Positions 1-11,120 of a DNA stretch of 64,000 nucleotides are shown here, piece after piece. Source of the stretch: Phoronis australis (taxonomy: Eukaryota; Animalia; Phoronida); contig NMRA01000226.1 in assembly GCA_002633005.1 (NCBI GenBank), forward strand, positions 487,004 through 551,003. The letters run 5' to 3'. A model generated the notes under the pieces. That model ran no database searches and had not been told where the DNA came from. It saw nothing but the letters and a program-made list of their open reading frames with translations. Position numbers and translations under genes: made by a program. How positions within the stretch are numbered: the first letter of the stretch is position 1; each line of letters opens with the position of its first letter.

Positions 1-262
1 CCATCATCATATTCGTCATCTTCGTCATCATCTCCGACGTCGTCTTTTCTTCAGTTAATTTCGCCAAGTGTCGCTCAAGACTGTAGCCTATTTCTCAGTG
101 ATTTCTGACCTCTACGTTCGTTATATGAATGATATCATAACTAGGGTTGTCCATTATCGCCACCATCGTCGTCATAGCTGTCATCTTCGTCATCATCTCT
201 GTCGTCGTCTTTTCTCGTCCTCTCGAACGTGTATTTTTTGGTTAATTTCGCCAAGTTTCGCT
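1..262. repeat. Local duplication of a (CAT/CGT)-rich low-complexity segment
   Basis: The segment gtcatcttcgtcatcatctc..gtcgtcttttct..gttaatttcgccaagt.tcgctc occurs at about 1-76 and again at about 163-262. Confidence 0.6.
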
Positions 263-2726
263 CCTCAGAGCACTTTCATCTCTTTGTCAATTGTTATTTG
301 TTGTGGGTGCGCTGAAACATAGATGGTAGTTCCAATAAAGCATAACTGGTTCTGGGCATTACACTGACTCAATTTGAGACCTGCACTCACTGACTAAAAG
401 TAAAAAAAATTTAAAAAACGCCCCACCCCTCACTTCAGTTTCAGCTGGGGTCTTGTTTTTTTTTCTTGAAAAGCTACACAAAGACATGTAGGCGAGGGTA
501 AGCAAGGTTTGAAATGTCATGATATGCCAAGAAATAAACACGAAATCTTTTGATTTTTGCTCATCTCGGTTGGATTTTCTTTTTTGTAATAATCAGCAAC
601 TAAAAAGTAACATATCACCGACTAGATTTTCAAAAAAAAAACAGCAGAACCAACTGTGCTTTTTTGTGTAACAGCTCGATGCGAGGACGGTCCCTGATTT
701 TATGTGGAAGCTGTGACACTCCACTGAATAACACCCTTCACTGTAACTGGTTCTCGTTCACTATTAAGAATCCAAGGCCATGATGCATCTAACTTTTACA
801 ACAGGTGTCTGTGTTTCAGTTTCGAAATCTAAAGATAGATTGTCCAGAAAACACTTGTGTTCAGTAAATTCCCTGTGTATGGAAATCAAAGTACACGTTA
901 CTGGTAGTAATTGGGAAGATTGACGAAGTAACATCAACATCGGGTGCAGCCTGATAAGCCAGGCTTTCATTGTCCATGTGCTATAGGAGTTAACTTCACT
1001 GGTTTATAACAATGTACCCTTGTAAGTTCTTTACTAGTTGGTGCCTGGTTTAGCTATTTGCAAAAACGATTCTGCATCGCTAGAATGTCATAAGTCATGT
1101 AGAACCTGCTTTGGAAGACGTCAGTTTTTTTTCCAAATACTGACCTCTGGGAAGTTGTTATGAAGCCTGTTTGGGATTTGGGGGATTGAAAGCATTGCAG
1201 GATGATACTTTGAAAATTGTTTCTTAAATAATGAATGATCTGAAGAGGAAAACCTAACTAGTGTGTTTTCAGCCCATTCTGCTCTCTTACCAGGGCGATG
1301 GGTTCATAGTTCTGGGCCCATTGAGTAAAAAGATAAGATCCCACTCCAGGATTTTCTTATTCCAAAGCATAACCCCGTGATCTAGAAATTTGCTTGTTAG
1401 ATTTGTCTCACATTTTGCTCTATGAAGCTTAGGATCTTCAAAGGAAGGTATCTTTTGAAAAAATGCAGAGTTCAAGTCAACTGACTACTCTTATAGGTAA
1501 ACTGATGTGGAAATACAAAAATCTCAAAATCTTCCGTGAGAGGCCTTCCACCTGCCTTGCTCTCTTGAATGATGGGTAGTTCTGCCGCCCATAGCTTCTT
1601 CCTGAGGACTGCCTTATAGTTCTGAAAAGCTGCGGCATCCATTATCTCTACTCTAAAGCAATACTTTGAAATCCAGGAACAGCGCTGGTGTTGGTTTCCA
1701 TGCAGTCACATATTTCTACGCTTCAAAGTGTTTTGGTGCGGCGGGTACACCTTCCGAAATATTTGGGATCCATTTTCAATACTTGGGGTCCCTGAAAACT
1801 CTAAAATTATTACTCTATCTCAGAAATTGAATGTACGTGGAAAGAAGTGAAGTGCATATGGTAGAACTTTTATCAATAGAATATATGGATCTTGCTTTCA
1901 CAGAGATACTCAAAGGTCAGTTGGTATCTTTTTTATTTTGGTTTTGTCAAGTCACTCAAAAACACAGTCTTGGACAGACTATCTATGATGATACCCGCAC
2001 ACTTGACTTCTAGTTTTGGCTGAAACGAGTACCTTATCTGGTATCAGGGTGCTTTTAAATCCATTCAACCTGATAGTATATATCTGAAGCCCAGTCCAGT
2101 TTGCCTTACATGCTGATCATTCTCATAAATTCTTTTGTAAATGGTCTACGTCTGTATTGGCACAGGTATTTTATTTTTCTTTGGTAATTGAACCGAGGAG
2201 GCAAGATATACCTGTCAAAAAGTCTCGGTTTACTTTACATGCCACATAGTCAACTTAGTGGGAATTTCTTTTCTGTTTGGTGAATTGTTAATGAAATAAA
2301 AAGTGACACAAGTTCATGATAAATGTCACTAGGTGGCGATAGAGGGCTTGTTGTTGGACAAGGTCTTGCATTCTTGTTTGGGAATTCAATGGGGTGGGAT
2401 TTCCCTGTGTTCTTTGCAACCATCATGTAATCACAAAGCCAGTGGTATGCTTAGGGATTAAAGGATTGACACAAAATGACCATCTTAAAATTTTTTTTGT
2501 CCCTTTCAACTCGGCCCGTCTTGCTCATGAGAATTAGAGTAGAAATTGATTCAAGTGAAAGTTGCTTTTGAACTCTTGAAATACTTGACTTAAGATTATC
2601 TCAAACCTTATTTAGTGACCTCCATTCTAACATATCAAAAAACAGGCTATGTCAAGTAGTAAATGTTCTAAAAGAAAAAAGATCGAGGATAATAAAAATA
2701 TGTTTTATAGTTAGATGCCATTATAA

Positions 2727-2728
<2 letters not shown>

Positions 2729-2773
<45 letters not shown>
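2729..2773. repeat. (TTA)n microsatellite
   Basis: About 15 perfect TTA units. Confidence 0.95.
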
Positions 2774-2774
<1 letters not shown>

Positions 2775-2897
2775 ATTGCCACCTTTTTAAGCCAAAATTT
2801 CACTTTAATGAAGGTACATTAGTAGCGAAATAACCCCTTGGTCGTTGTACATAGAATGTTTCCCTATTATCTCACTATTTATGTCCTCAGCAAACTC

Positions 2898-2908
2898 TGC
2901 TGAGTCAT
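2898..2908 (-). promoter_or_regulatory. Consensus antioxidant response element / CNC-sMaf site (ATGACTCAGCA)
   Basis: The + strand reads TGCTGAGTCAT, an exact match to the 11-bp NF-E2/Nrf2-sMaf consensus, about 1.75 kb upstream of the KEAP1 ATG. Function is inferred. Confidence 0.5.
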
Positions 2909-4650
2909 ACGGTAATGCTTTTTAAAATAAGCATGCACGACAACAGTTAATATGACCTTTTGTCACTGATTGTTAGTTTGTGTCATAAAAGACCACATTT
3001 TAATTCCAAAAAATAATTTCCAACTGCTTCTGTATCAAAGCTGCTATAAACCCCCCATTCCAACAAAGAAATTTTGAGAAGACCCGTTACTGTTATGTAA
3101 TTGGTCTCAGCTTGTTTCTTACTGCAACTGCGGGGGCTCCAGGTTCACTTCTCCGCTGATACCTTTTTTCAGAAAATCTCTTTTCTCGCTAATTATGTCC
3201 TTTATTAATTAAGACCGTGCACGGCACATTGTGACAAGCTAACTTGTGCAGATCTATTGAACTGTTGTTTCTTTCAAAAAACTGAACTCGCCTCTTGTTT
3301 CGGATCAATTTCAGACCAATGTGGTTAGGGTAAGTGATCTCATCTTTAGAATCAGAAGTTAGTTCTGGTGATAAAAGGCTGGTTGCCACGGGATCATATT
3401 TAGTTCAGTTTTCAGTCAAAATGGGTCAATATCAGGGACATGAATAGTTATAATTCAGTTCTAGTGGTTAAATATTGACTCTTGGATTAATCTGTCTATT
3501 CTGTTGACATTGGGCGTTGTTGCGTGAAGTGAGGTTTCAGTTTCAGTATATAAGAATATAGATAATTTACCTATTTTTAGAGACGGACTCTAATTTTACC
3601 TAGTTGTAATTTAGTAAATGGAAAATTTCTAATTTTAGTTTCTGCTGTCCGTAACCAATGGGTTCTAATCATCCAGTTGGAGTCAGTGTTAAATTGCGAT
3701 TTATTGCCCACATTTGATGCTAAAATGCCTTCTCTGGTTTTTCAAAATTTTCATTGTATCCGAGTTCACTTTCTGGTTTTTTAGTTTTTCAATTTAAAAA
3801 CCATGGCCGTTAATGCACATTTTATGTTCTTACCTAATTGCATGTGTAATTTCCATGCAGATGTTGCACCAATCAGTCTTATAAAAGAAATTGTGTTAGT
3901 TATTTTAATTGTATTAAATTATGGTTTTAAAATATGTCCATTTCTTAATTACTCATGTCCAACGGGTAATGAACTCTTGGCTAATATGATGGAAGTTGGT
4001 TTTGATGACAGTTCAGGTCAAATAAAGGTCATTATCCTCCACAGCAAAGTGCAAAGGTCATCCGTATGTAAAGTGCATAGTCATTCTCTGTAGTTTGTGA
4101 TAGCAGGTATTGAGGATTTATTAATTTTGTCCTGGAGGATTGCTCGTTGATAACTAGCTGTTTGAATATTGGCCGTTGTGATATTTGAGTGGTAAACGAT
4201 AATGTTGCAAAACGCATTACTGGAATTTTTCGAGTGCATGGAGATAACATTGTACGTGAGTTGCAAAGTGCAATCCTAGAAAACATTAATCTCATTTGAG
4301 TAAGAAACATGTTGACACCAATTTTATAGTGGCGAGTGGTCTAAATCAAAAATTTTTTTAAACGTGTTCGGAACGAAACAAATATGCACAACATATAGGC
4401 AACCTAGTTGGGTCCCTATTTGGGACTTTTTCATGCAGCTGTGTACAGACCACTGTTGAGTGAGTACTTGGACATGTCATCATCGTCCAGATTCATTTCC
4501 TTGTTGTATAAACTCAGGTCAATTTTTGTTCTACGTTAAAGATTCTGACGTCACTCTTAATATCTAGAAATTTTCGGTGTCTGGATTACTGTAAATTGCC
4601 TTCATTGATTCATAAAGGCATTAACTTTTGTTGCAGCTCTCCGCCAGAAG

Positions 4651-7600
4651 ATGGCAGCAGCGCCTGAACCAGATGGCTCTGATGATCCACCTTGCTTCCG
4701 TGCCAAGTCCTTGAACTCAGAAGATGAGGTTGGTGACAGCGTAATGCATTTTACCATCACCAAGCACCCCAAGGAGGGGTACGAGGTGATGACCACAATG
4801 TGGCACTCCAATAAACTGTGTGACGTGGAGCTTACGGTGGGCAGCGAGTCAATCAAGGCTCACAAGATAGTGTTGGCTGCTGCTAGTCCGTACTTTAGAG
4901 CCATGTTCACCTGCGGCATGAAGGAGTGCAAGATGAAGACAATTCCAATTCACGGGATACAGCTGTGCGACTTGATCCGTCTAGTGAAGTACGCATATAC
5001 CTCTGAGATCCAAATTACTCAATATAACGTGTGTAGTTTGTTGCCAGCGGCAACAGTGCTACAGATGAATCATGTTGTGGAGGCATGTTGCACGTTCTTG
5101 GAACATCAGTTGGACCCCACCAACTGTATTGGTATTGCTCAATTCGCCCTAGAACACAACTGCATGGATCTACATCATAAGGCAAATTCCTACATCAATC
5201 AACATTTCTCTGAGGTCAGCCGTAGTGAGGAGTTCCAGGCATTGTCCCCCTGCCAGCTCATCAAGGTGATAAATAGGGACGAAATCAATGTTAAATGTGA
5301 GTCAGAAGTCTACAATGCTGTGATGTCGTGGATTAGCCATGACAAAGAATCCCGCATGCCCAAGTTGAAGACTTTGATATGCGGGGTTCGTTGTCATTTC
5401 TTGACTCCATTCTTTTTGGAGAAACAGCTCAAGTGCTGCGAAATCCTCAAAACCAACAAGCACTGTCGAGATTACTTAGTGAAAATTTTCCAAGATTTGA
5501 CGTTGCATAAAAAGTGTGTTGAAAAGCGACGTAACCCTGTGGCGCCACCTGTCATCTACTGTGTAGGTGGCTACCTGCGCCACTCGCTTAGTAACGTGGA
5601 GTGCTATAACCCCGATTCGGGTGAATGGATTAAAGTGAATGATCTCCCGATGCCCAGGAGTGGACTGGGTGTCGCTGTGGTGCACGGCAGGGTGTATGCT
5701 GTGGGCGGACGGAATAACTCTATAGATGGCAATGTGGACACGAATGCAGTTCATTGTTACGAGCCATTCACCAACCAATGGTCTCCGTGTGCGTTCATGA
5801 ATGAGTGCCGGAACAGAGTCGGTGTGGGCGTTCTTGATGGCATGCTGTATGCTTGTGGAGGGTCTAACGTGCGCTCTCACCTGGAGTCTGTGGAAAGGTA
5901 CGACAATAGGAGATGAATAACAAGCTTATTAATAGCAGGATGAAAGTCTGAAAAAGTAAATTATATTCCTTGTTCTTTCAGGAGTCCTGTCATGTGTTCA
6001 ATTCTAAATCTTGTCAAGATTGGTATCGATCTGAATCGGGAAGAAAAATTTGGGAGCCGCTGGCTGCCGTTCTGAAATCAAGGGTGTATTTATGCATGAT
6101 TTTGAATACCGGTTATTGAGCACGAAACCCGGAAAGCATTACATAAACATTAATTAATGTTATTATTGTTATTTGCCAAAAAAATTGCCAAGTCTGTTTC
6201 TGTCAAATTTTTTGTTTTTTGTTCACACGCTACAGGTCTCGTTTGTTATCCAACGGAAATGAAATTCATACACAACTTGTGTCTCATTAATATCTCAAAG
6301 CATATTTCTGGGATTTACATCGAATGCAATATGGTGCTGTGGTGGCTGTTTTTTGATTTTTCGCTTTGTGGTGTCATAGCTTCGCTGTCCCTTTAGGGAT
6401 TATATGAAATGACAGCTCTTTAATTTATTTCTAGTATTATGTCTACAGATCTTTCTGGAATTTGGTATCTGAGTCCAACTTGACATTCTCTTGTTGTTTA
6501 AGATTTTCTGGTCACATGACCGGTCTTGACTAAATGCTGGCTGCAATTTTGTTGGTCTATCATACTGATGTCACAGGCCGCATTTTTTGTCCAATCAACT
6601 CGAAATTTATAAAAGCTCAAGGCTTATTGTTTTTTGAGTGAAATTGGATGTGCGATGGCATTGTGTTGGCCATTTTTCTAATATTGGCTTGTCATGCCTT
6701 AGGTCTGCGATCCTGTGAAGGAACCTTATGAACTTTGGTGTGTAAGTAGAACTCAAGAGCAATCTGCAGTCCATTAACGGTCTCTCGCTTCGATTGCCTG
6801 CTCTCGAGTTGTTCGAGATATTCAGATTTGATAACTGATCTCTTATTGGCTGATTCCTTGGTTATCATGTACTGTACAATGGCGTCATGGGTGTCGGGGG
6901 TCATGGCCATTAATGTTCTTGGTTACGTCGTCGATCTCACCTCTAAGCTTTTCTTTCAATTTTGCCTAGTGTCATTCCACGGGGTGCTTTAATTGTTTTG
7001 TTATTTACCATTCTTTTAGGTACGACTTTGAGACAGACACGTGGAAGTTTGTTCGGCCTATGCGCAACAAGCGAATCGGTCTGGGCGTGGCTGTGGTCAA
7101 CCGGCTGCTCTATGCTGTTGGTGGCTTTGATGGCATGAACCGACTGTCAAGCGTGGAGTGTTACCATCCGGAGAATGATGAGTGGCACTATGTGGCAAAG
7201 ATGAATAGTATGAGAAGTGGTGCTGGTAAGCAGGGTGCTGCTGGGGATCTTTAATCATTCTCATGTCATGGTGTACTCTAGAACCAAAAAAGTGCGGTTG
7301 CAGTTCTCACCATGCTTTTTGAGTGTGGTAGACACTCGCGCTCAAATTTAACCACCAAGCTCAAATTTCATTCCCATGTTCAAATTTGACCTCCAGTAGA
7401 GGGCGTTTCAAGTTGGCACTATCTACAGTAATGAGAGCACTTCCTGTTGATCCCGACTCAGATTTAGTGGTTCGTTAATTTATAAGCAGAGGGAGAAATT
7501 CCACTGTGAGCCCCTTCCGTTGTTTGATTATTTTAAGTTCAGCTTTCTGACACTGGCTGTCTGTGCCTATACTATTCAGGTTGCTACATAATATCTTGAA

Positions 7601-9023
7601 GTGGTGTCAAACGTATATGTTCCAGTTTGCTTAGTACAGTAAACCTCACCAATTTAGGACACAATATGGCGGACAAGGGGAACTTTGTTTCTTATTTTTT
7701 CCTTATAAGAGCTTAGGTTTTGTCAAGTAAGTGCTTGGCCACGCCCAAGTTCTATAACAAAGCTATCGTCAGTCATTGTTTTGAGAGATTATGGACATTC
7801 ACAAAATTTTTAAGTTTTTGAAAAATGTAAATGGGCAATTTTGGAAATATTTTTGTCCAAAATTGGTGAGAATTCATCGTAATCAGTTAATTACAAGGTC
7901 CCAAAAGCTCGATTTCATTGCACAAGTTTTCAAACTCAATTCAACTAAAACCAAACTCACGGAGGCAGGCTTCAAGCATTGCAATGAATCAAAATTGTGA
8001 AGGGAACACTGGTTTGTGAACCAACAGTATTGTCTGTGTCAGTTGTGTTAACATTCATTAGAGTGAACTCCTTCTCTCTGTCAAAATTTGTCAATGCCTG
8101 TCAACCAATTATAGAGATGGTTTCACGCATTTAAACCCACTCGTTTTCTCCACAGGTGTCACTGCCATAGATCAGTACATCTACGCTGTTGGTGGGTACA
8201 ACTCAACGACACCCATCAACCTGGTGGAGAGGTACGATACGGAGACCGACCAGTGGACAGTGCTGGCACCTATGAACAGGGTGCGGAGTGCACTCTCACT
8301 CGCCTCTCTGGCCAACAAGCTATATGCTTTAGGTGAGTGAGGTCTTGGATAACTATTTGAACCCCTGTGAACAGGTCAAAATAACCACATCGCAATATAT
8401 GCTTTTCTATCACGTGGACTAAGTAGAAAGACATGCAACAATTGGGTCACATGTTTTAGTGACGAACATAAAGAACAATACAACTATTATTATGGATCTT
8501 TACAGTCAAGTTTACAAAAAAAACGGTATAACAGCAATACATGAAATCCATAGACTCGAGAACGAGTATGAAAAGCTGAGCACTGTAGGTACACAATGCA
8601 GATGGATTTCAATATTCCTGGGGGAATTTAAATTGTCCTATGGTTGTGCACTGATTTTGACTTCTTTATCGACCGTACGTGACCTTGTTAATGGTTGGTA
8701 CACCTGAACAGAGAAGCTCAACTATTGTGGTGGGTGTATATTGACCAATCGCATGAGAAATAAAATCTAGGTGTTGATCCAGACAACTTCAGTACAAAAT
8801 TGATTCTGAATAATCTTGTGTGGAGGACAGTTATTTTATGGCGGCCTGTTTTCACTTATTCTCTCTATTCGATGCGTTTTCAGGAGGTTATGACGGCACC
8901 TCCTTCCTATCCAGTGTTGAGTGTTATGACCCTGAGAAGGACAACTGGACAGAGTCCACCTCAATGACCTGTGGCCGGAGTGGTCATGGAGTAGCCGTAG
9001 GGCTGGAGCCATGCACACAGTAA
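4651..9023 (+). CDS. KEAP1: Kelch-like ECH-associated protein 1 (BTB-BACK-6xKelch CUL3 adaptor for Nrf2/CncC), 589 aa
   Basis: Coding exons 4651-5897, 7020-7225, 8156-8332 and 8884-9023 all have GT-AG introns with compatible phases; total 1770 nt. KEAP1-diagnostic sequence includes [61 protein letters not shown] and C-terminal EPC. An acceptor (ttgcag, AG at 4635-4636) just before the ATG implies an upstream non-coding exon. Confidence 0.97.
7637..7879. mobile_element. Degenerate TA-flanked MITE (Tc1/mariner-like) in a KEAP1 intron
   Basis: Left end TA|CAGTAAACCTCACCAATTTAGGACA; right end TGTCCAAAATTGGTGAG...|TA is an imperfect inverted copy. Confidence 0.5.
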
Positions 9024-9570
9024 ATGTTTATTAGGGATAGCTGGAATGCAGTAGCAGCTCGGGAGTCCAAAGAAGGCTCCTTCCTTCTTAGTTTGTACAA
9101 TATCATATTTTGATGTCAGAAACACAATTAGCGATTTGTTCTGAAATCGCACCAATAGACAACTCTTCATTCACCAGGTGGCACTGACGAAGAAAGGTTT
9201 CTCTCATCGATTGAATAGATTGAAGAAAGATGTTTACCAGCTTGGTAGCATTCGTGTCATAAGGATAACATTTGATCTGAGTCTATGCATTTGTACAGGT
9301 GTGCCCCTCGTCTCACTGACATCACATGATGAACTTTTAGTTTCTATAGCAATAAACATTTCTTTTTATGGGCTTCACCCATAATGCAAACGCTGGTGAA
9401 TATTTTGACAACAAGAACTCTGGCACTACTGAGGTGGATGTAATGTGCTCTGTGCTTGCTGTTTGATTTCGTAATCATAACAGGATGAATTGCCCAGATT
9501 GTTCACAGTGAGGCTTTGCAATAAGGAAGGTCATATCTTATAACATTTGTGATTGCTTCTTGTTCACTAG

Positions 9571-10592
9571 TGTTGTGTGCAACTTACAGGAAGGAGTTTC
9601 GTTTTGATCAATTTACAACAAAAATAATTATTTCCTTTATTGTTCTCATGGTTTGTTCAATATACAGCATTCTTCCAGTAAGCTTTTGATGAAAGTTTGG
9701 AGCATTTGCAGCAGCTGCTGTGCATTGCACTATTATAGCATTTATATGTGCCCACATATTTATATGTAGACGCATTATGCCGTCATCTCCGTCTGTCCGG
9801 CATCCGTCCGGCGTCCGCTGCTCTATCTTTAAAACAATTTAACGTTCGTTCATGAAATTTTGCACATCCTTTTGTGAATGGGATGGCGTGAGCAAACTTT
9901 CAGATGGATCTGACTACCGGTGTGCCCCCTAGTGGGAATTTTAGTGTTTTTTGACATATACGCATCTGTTAGTGACATAACGCTATCCTCCTATTTTTGG
10001 ATGGATTTGATGTAGTTTGCGCCATTTTTGGCTGTTTTCGAGTCTTTTTGTTGGCGTCCACCCCTCTATCAACCANTGTTGTGTGCAACTTACAGGAAGG
10101 AGTTTCGTTTTGATCAGTTTACAACAAAAATAATTATTTCCTTTATTGTTCTCATGGTTTGTTCAATATACAGCATTCTTCCAGTAAGCTTTTGATGAAA
10201 GTTTGGAGCATTTGCAGCAGCTGCTGTGCATTGCACTATTATAGCATTTATATGTGCCCACATATTTATATGTAGACGCATTATGCCGTCATCTCCGTCT
10301 GTCCGGCATCCGTCCGGCGTCCGCTGCTCTATCTTTAAAACAATTTAACGTACGTTCATGAAATTTTGCACATCCTTTCGTGAATGGGATGGCGTGAGCA
10401 AACTTTCGGATGGATCTGACTACCGGTGTGCCCCCTAGTGGGAATTTTAGTGTTTTTTGACATATACGCATCTGTTAGTGACATAACGCTATCCTCCCAT
10501 TTTTGGATGGATTTGATGTAGTTTGCGCCACCTAGTGGCCATTTTTGGCTGTTTTCGAGTCTTTTTGTTGGCATCCACCCCTCTATCAACCA
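9571..10592. other. Near-identical tandem duplication across a single N (9571-10075 / 10077-10592); probable haplotype-overlap assembly artefact
   Basis: The two copies differ by a few substitutions and one 11-bp indel, and meet exactly at N10076. Confidence 0.85.
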
Positions 10593-11120
10593 AACCGCTT
10601 GAAGGATGATTGTGAAAATTGGCATGTATGTTCTTACTATGAAGAGGACAGCTGACAATGATTTTCGGATGATTTCGACTACTGTGGCGCCTCCCAGTGG
10701 CAGTTTTTTTTTTGCACCCATGGCTGTATCTCCTAAACCGTTGGCAGGATCTTTACTAAATTTAGCACGTGTATTTATATGATGTTGATAACGGATGACG
10801 ACAACTTTCGGATGGATCTGAATACAGGTGTGCTCCCTAGTGGCAATTTTAGATTTTACGTTTACCTCTGTCTTCAAAGGTCCTCAACGGATTTTCAGAA
10901 AATTTGGAATATAGGCATCTATTGGTGAGATGATGCTATGTTCCCATTTTTGGATGGAATATAGGTACTTTGCGCCACCTAGTGGCCATTATTTTTTTTT
11001 TGCTGTTTTCGACAGCTTTTTATGAAATTTGATCAATAGCTTTCTGTTGAAGAAGCGATGGCATGTTGCCGTTGTCAGATGGCTTGAACGTTTTTGCGCC
11101 ATCTAGCGGCCATTTTTATG
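10275..11120. mobile_element. Non-autonomous interspersed repeat, HINE/DINE-1-like, with internal ~100-160 bp subrepeats (partial duplicate at ~9770-10075)
   Basis: The head has the GTCC-type microsatellite ccgtctgtccggcatccgtccggcgtcc. It is followed by repeated ggatg(g)at...G(C/T)GC(C/T)nCC(T/C)AG(T/C)GG units and gaaatttgg-like motifs. No transposase ORF. Boundaries are approximate. Confidence 0.6.

Noticed and set aside
4651-5916. 421-aa ORF as a complete, truncated KEAP1
   Set aside because: It reads into the intron at 5898; three downstream exons complete the Kelch propeller in frame.
5896-7026. 9-bp direct repeat AGGTACGAC at both junctions of the first KEAP1 coding intron, suggesting recent intron gain
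   Set aside because: From recall, the position matches a vertebrate KEAP1 intron, so it is ancient. AG|GT accounts for four of the nine bases.
10289-10877. 173-aa and 60-aa minus-strand ORFs with repeated PLGG
   Set aside because: These translate the repeat's DNA subunits; PLGG is simply the CCACTAGG(G/T)GGC motif. No protein family features.
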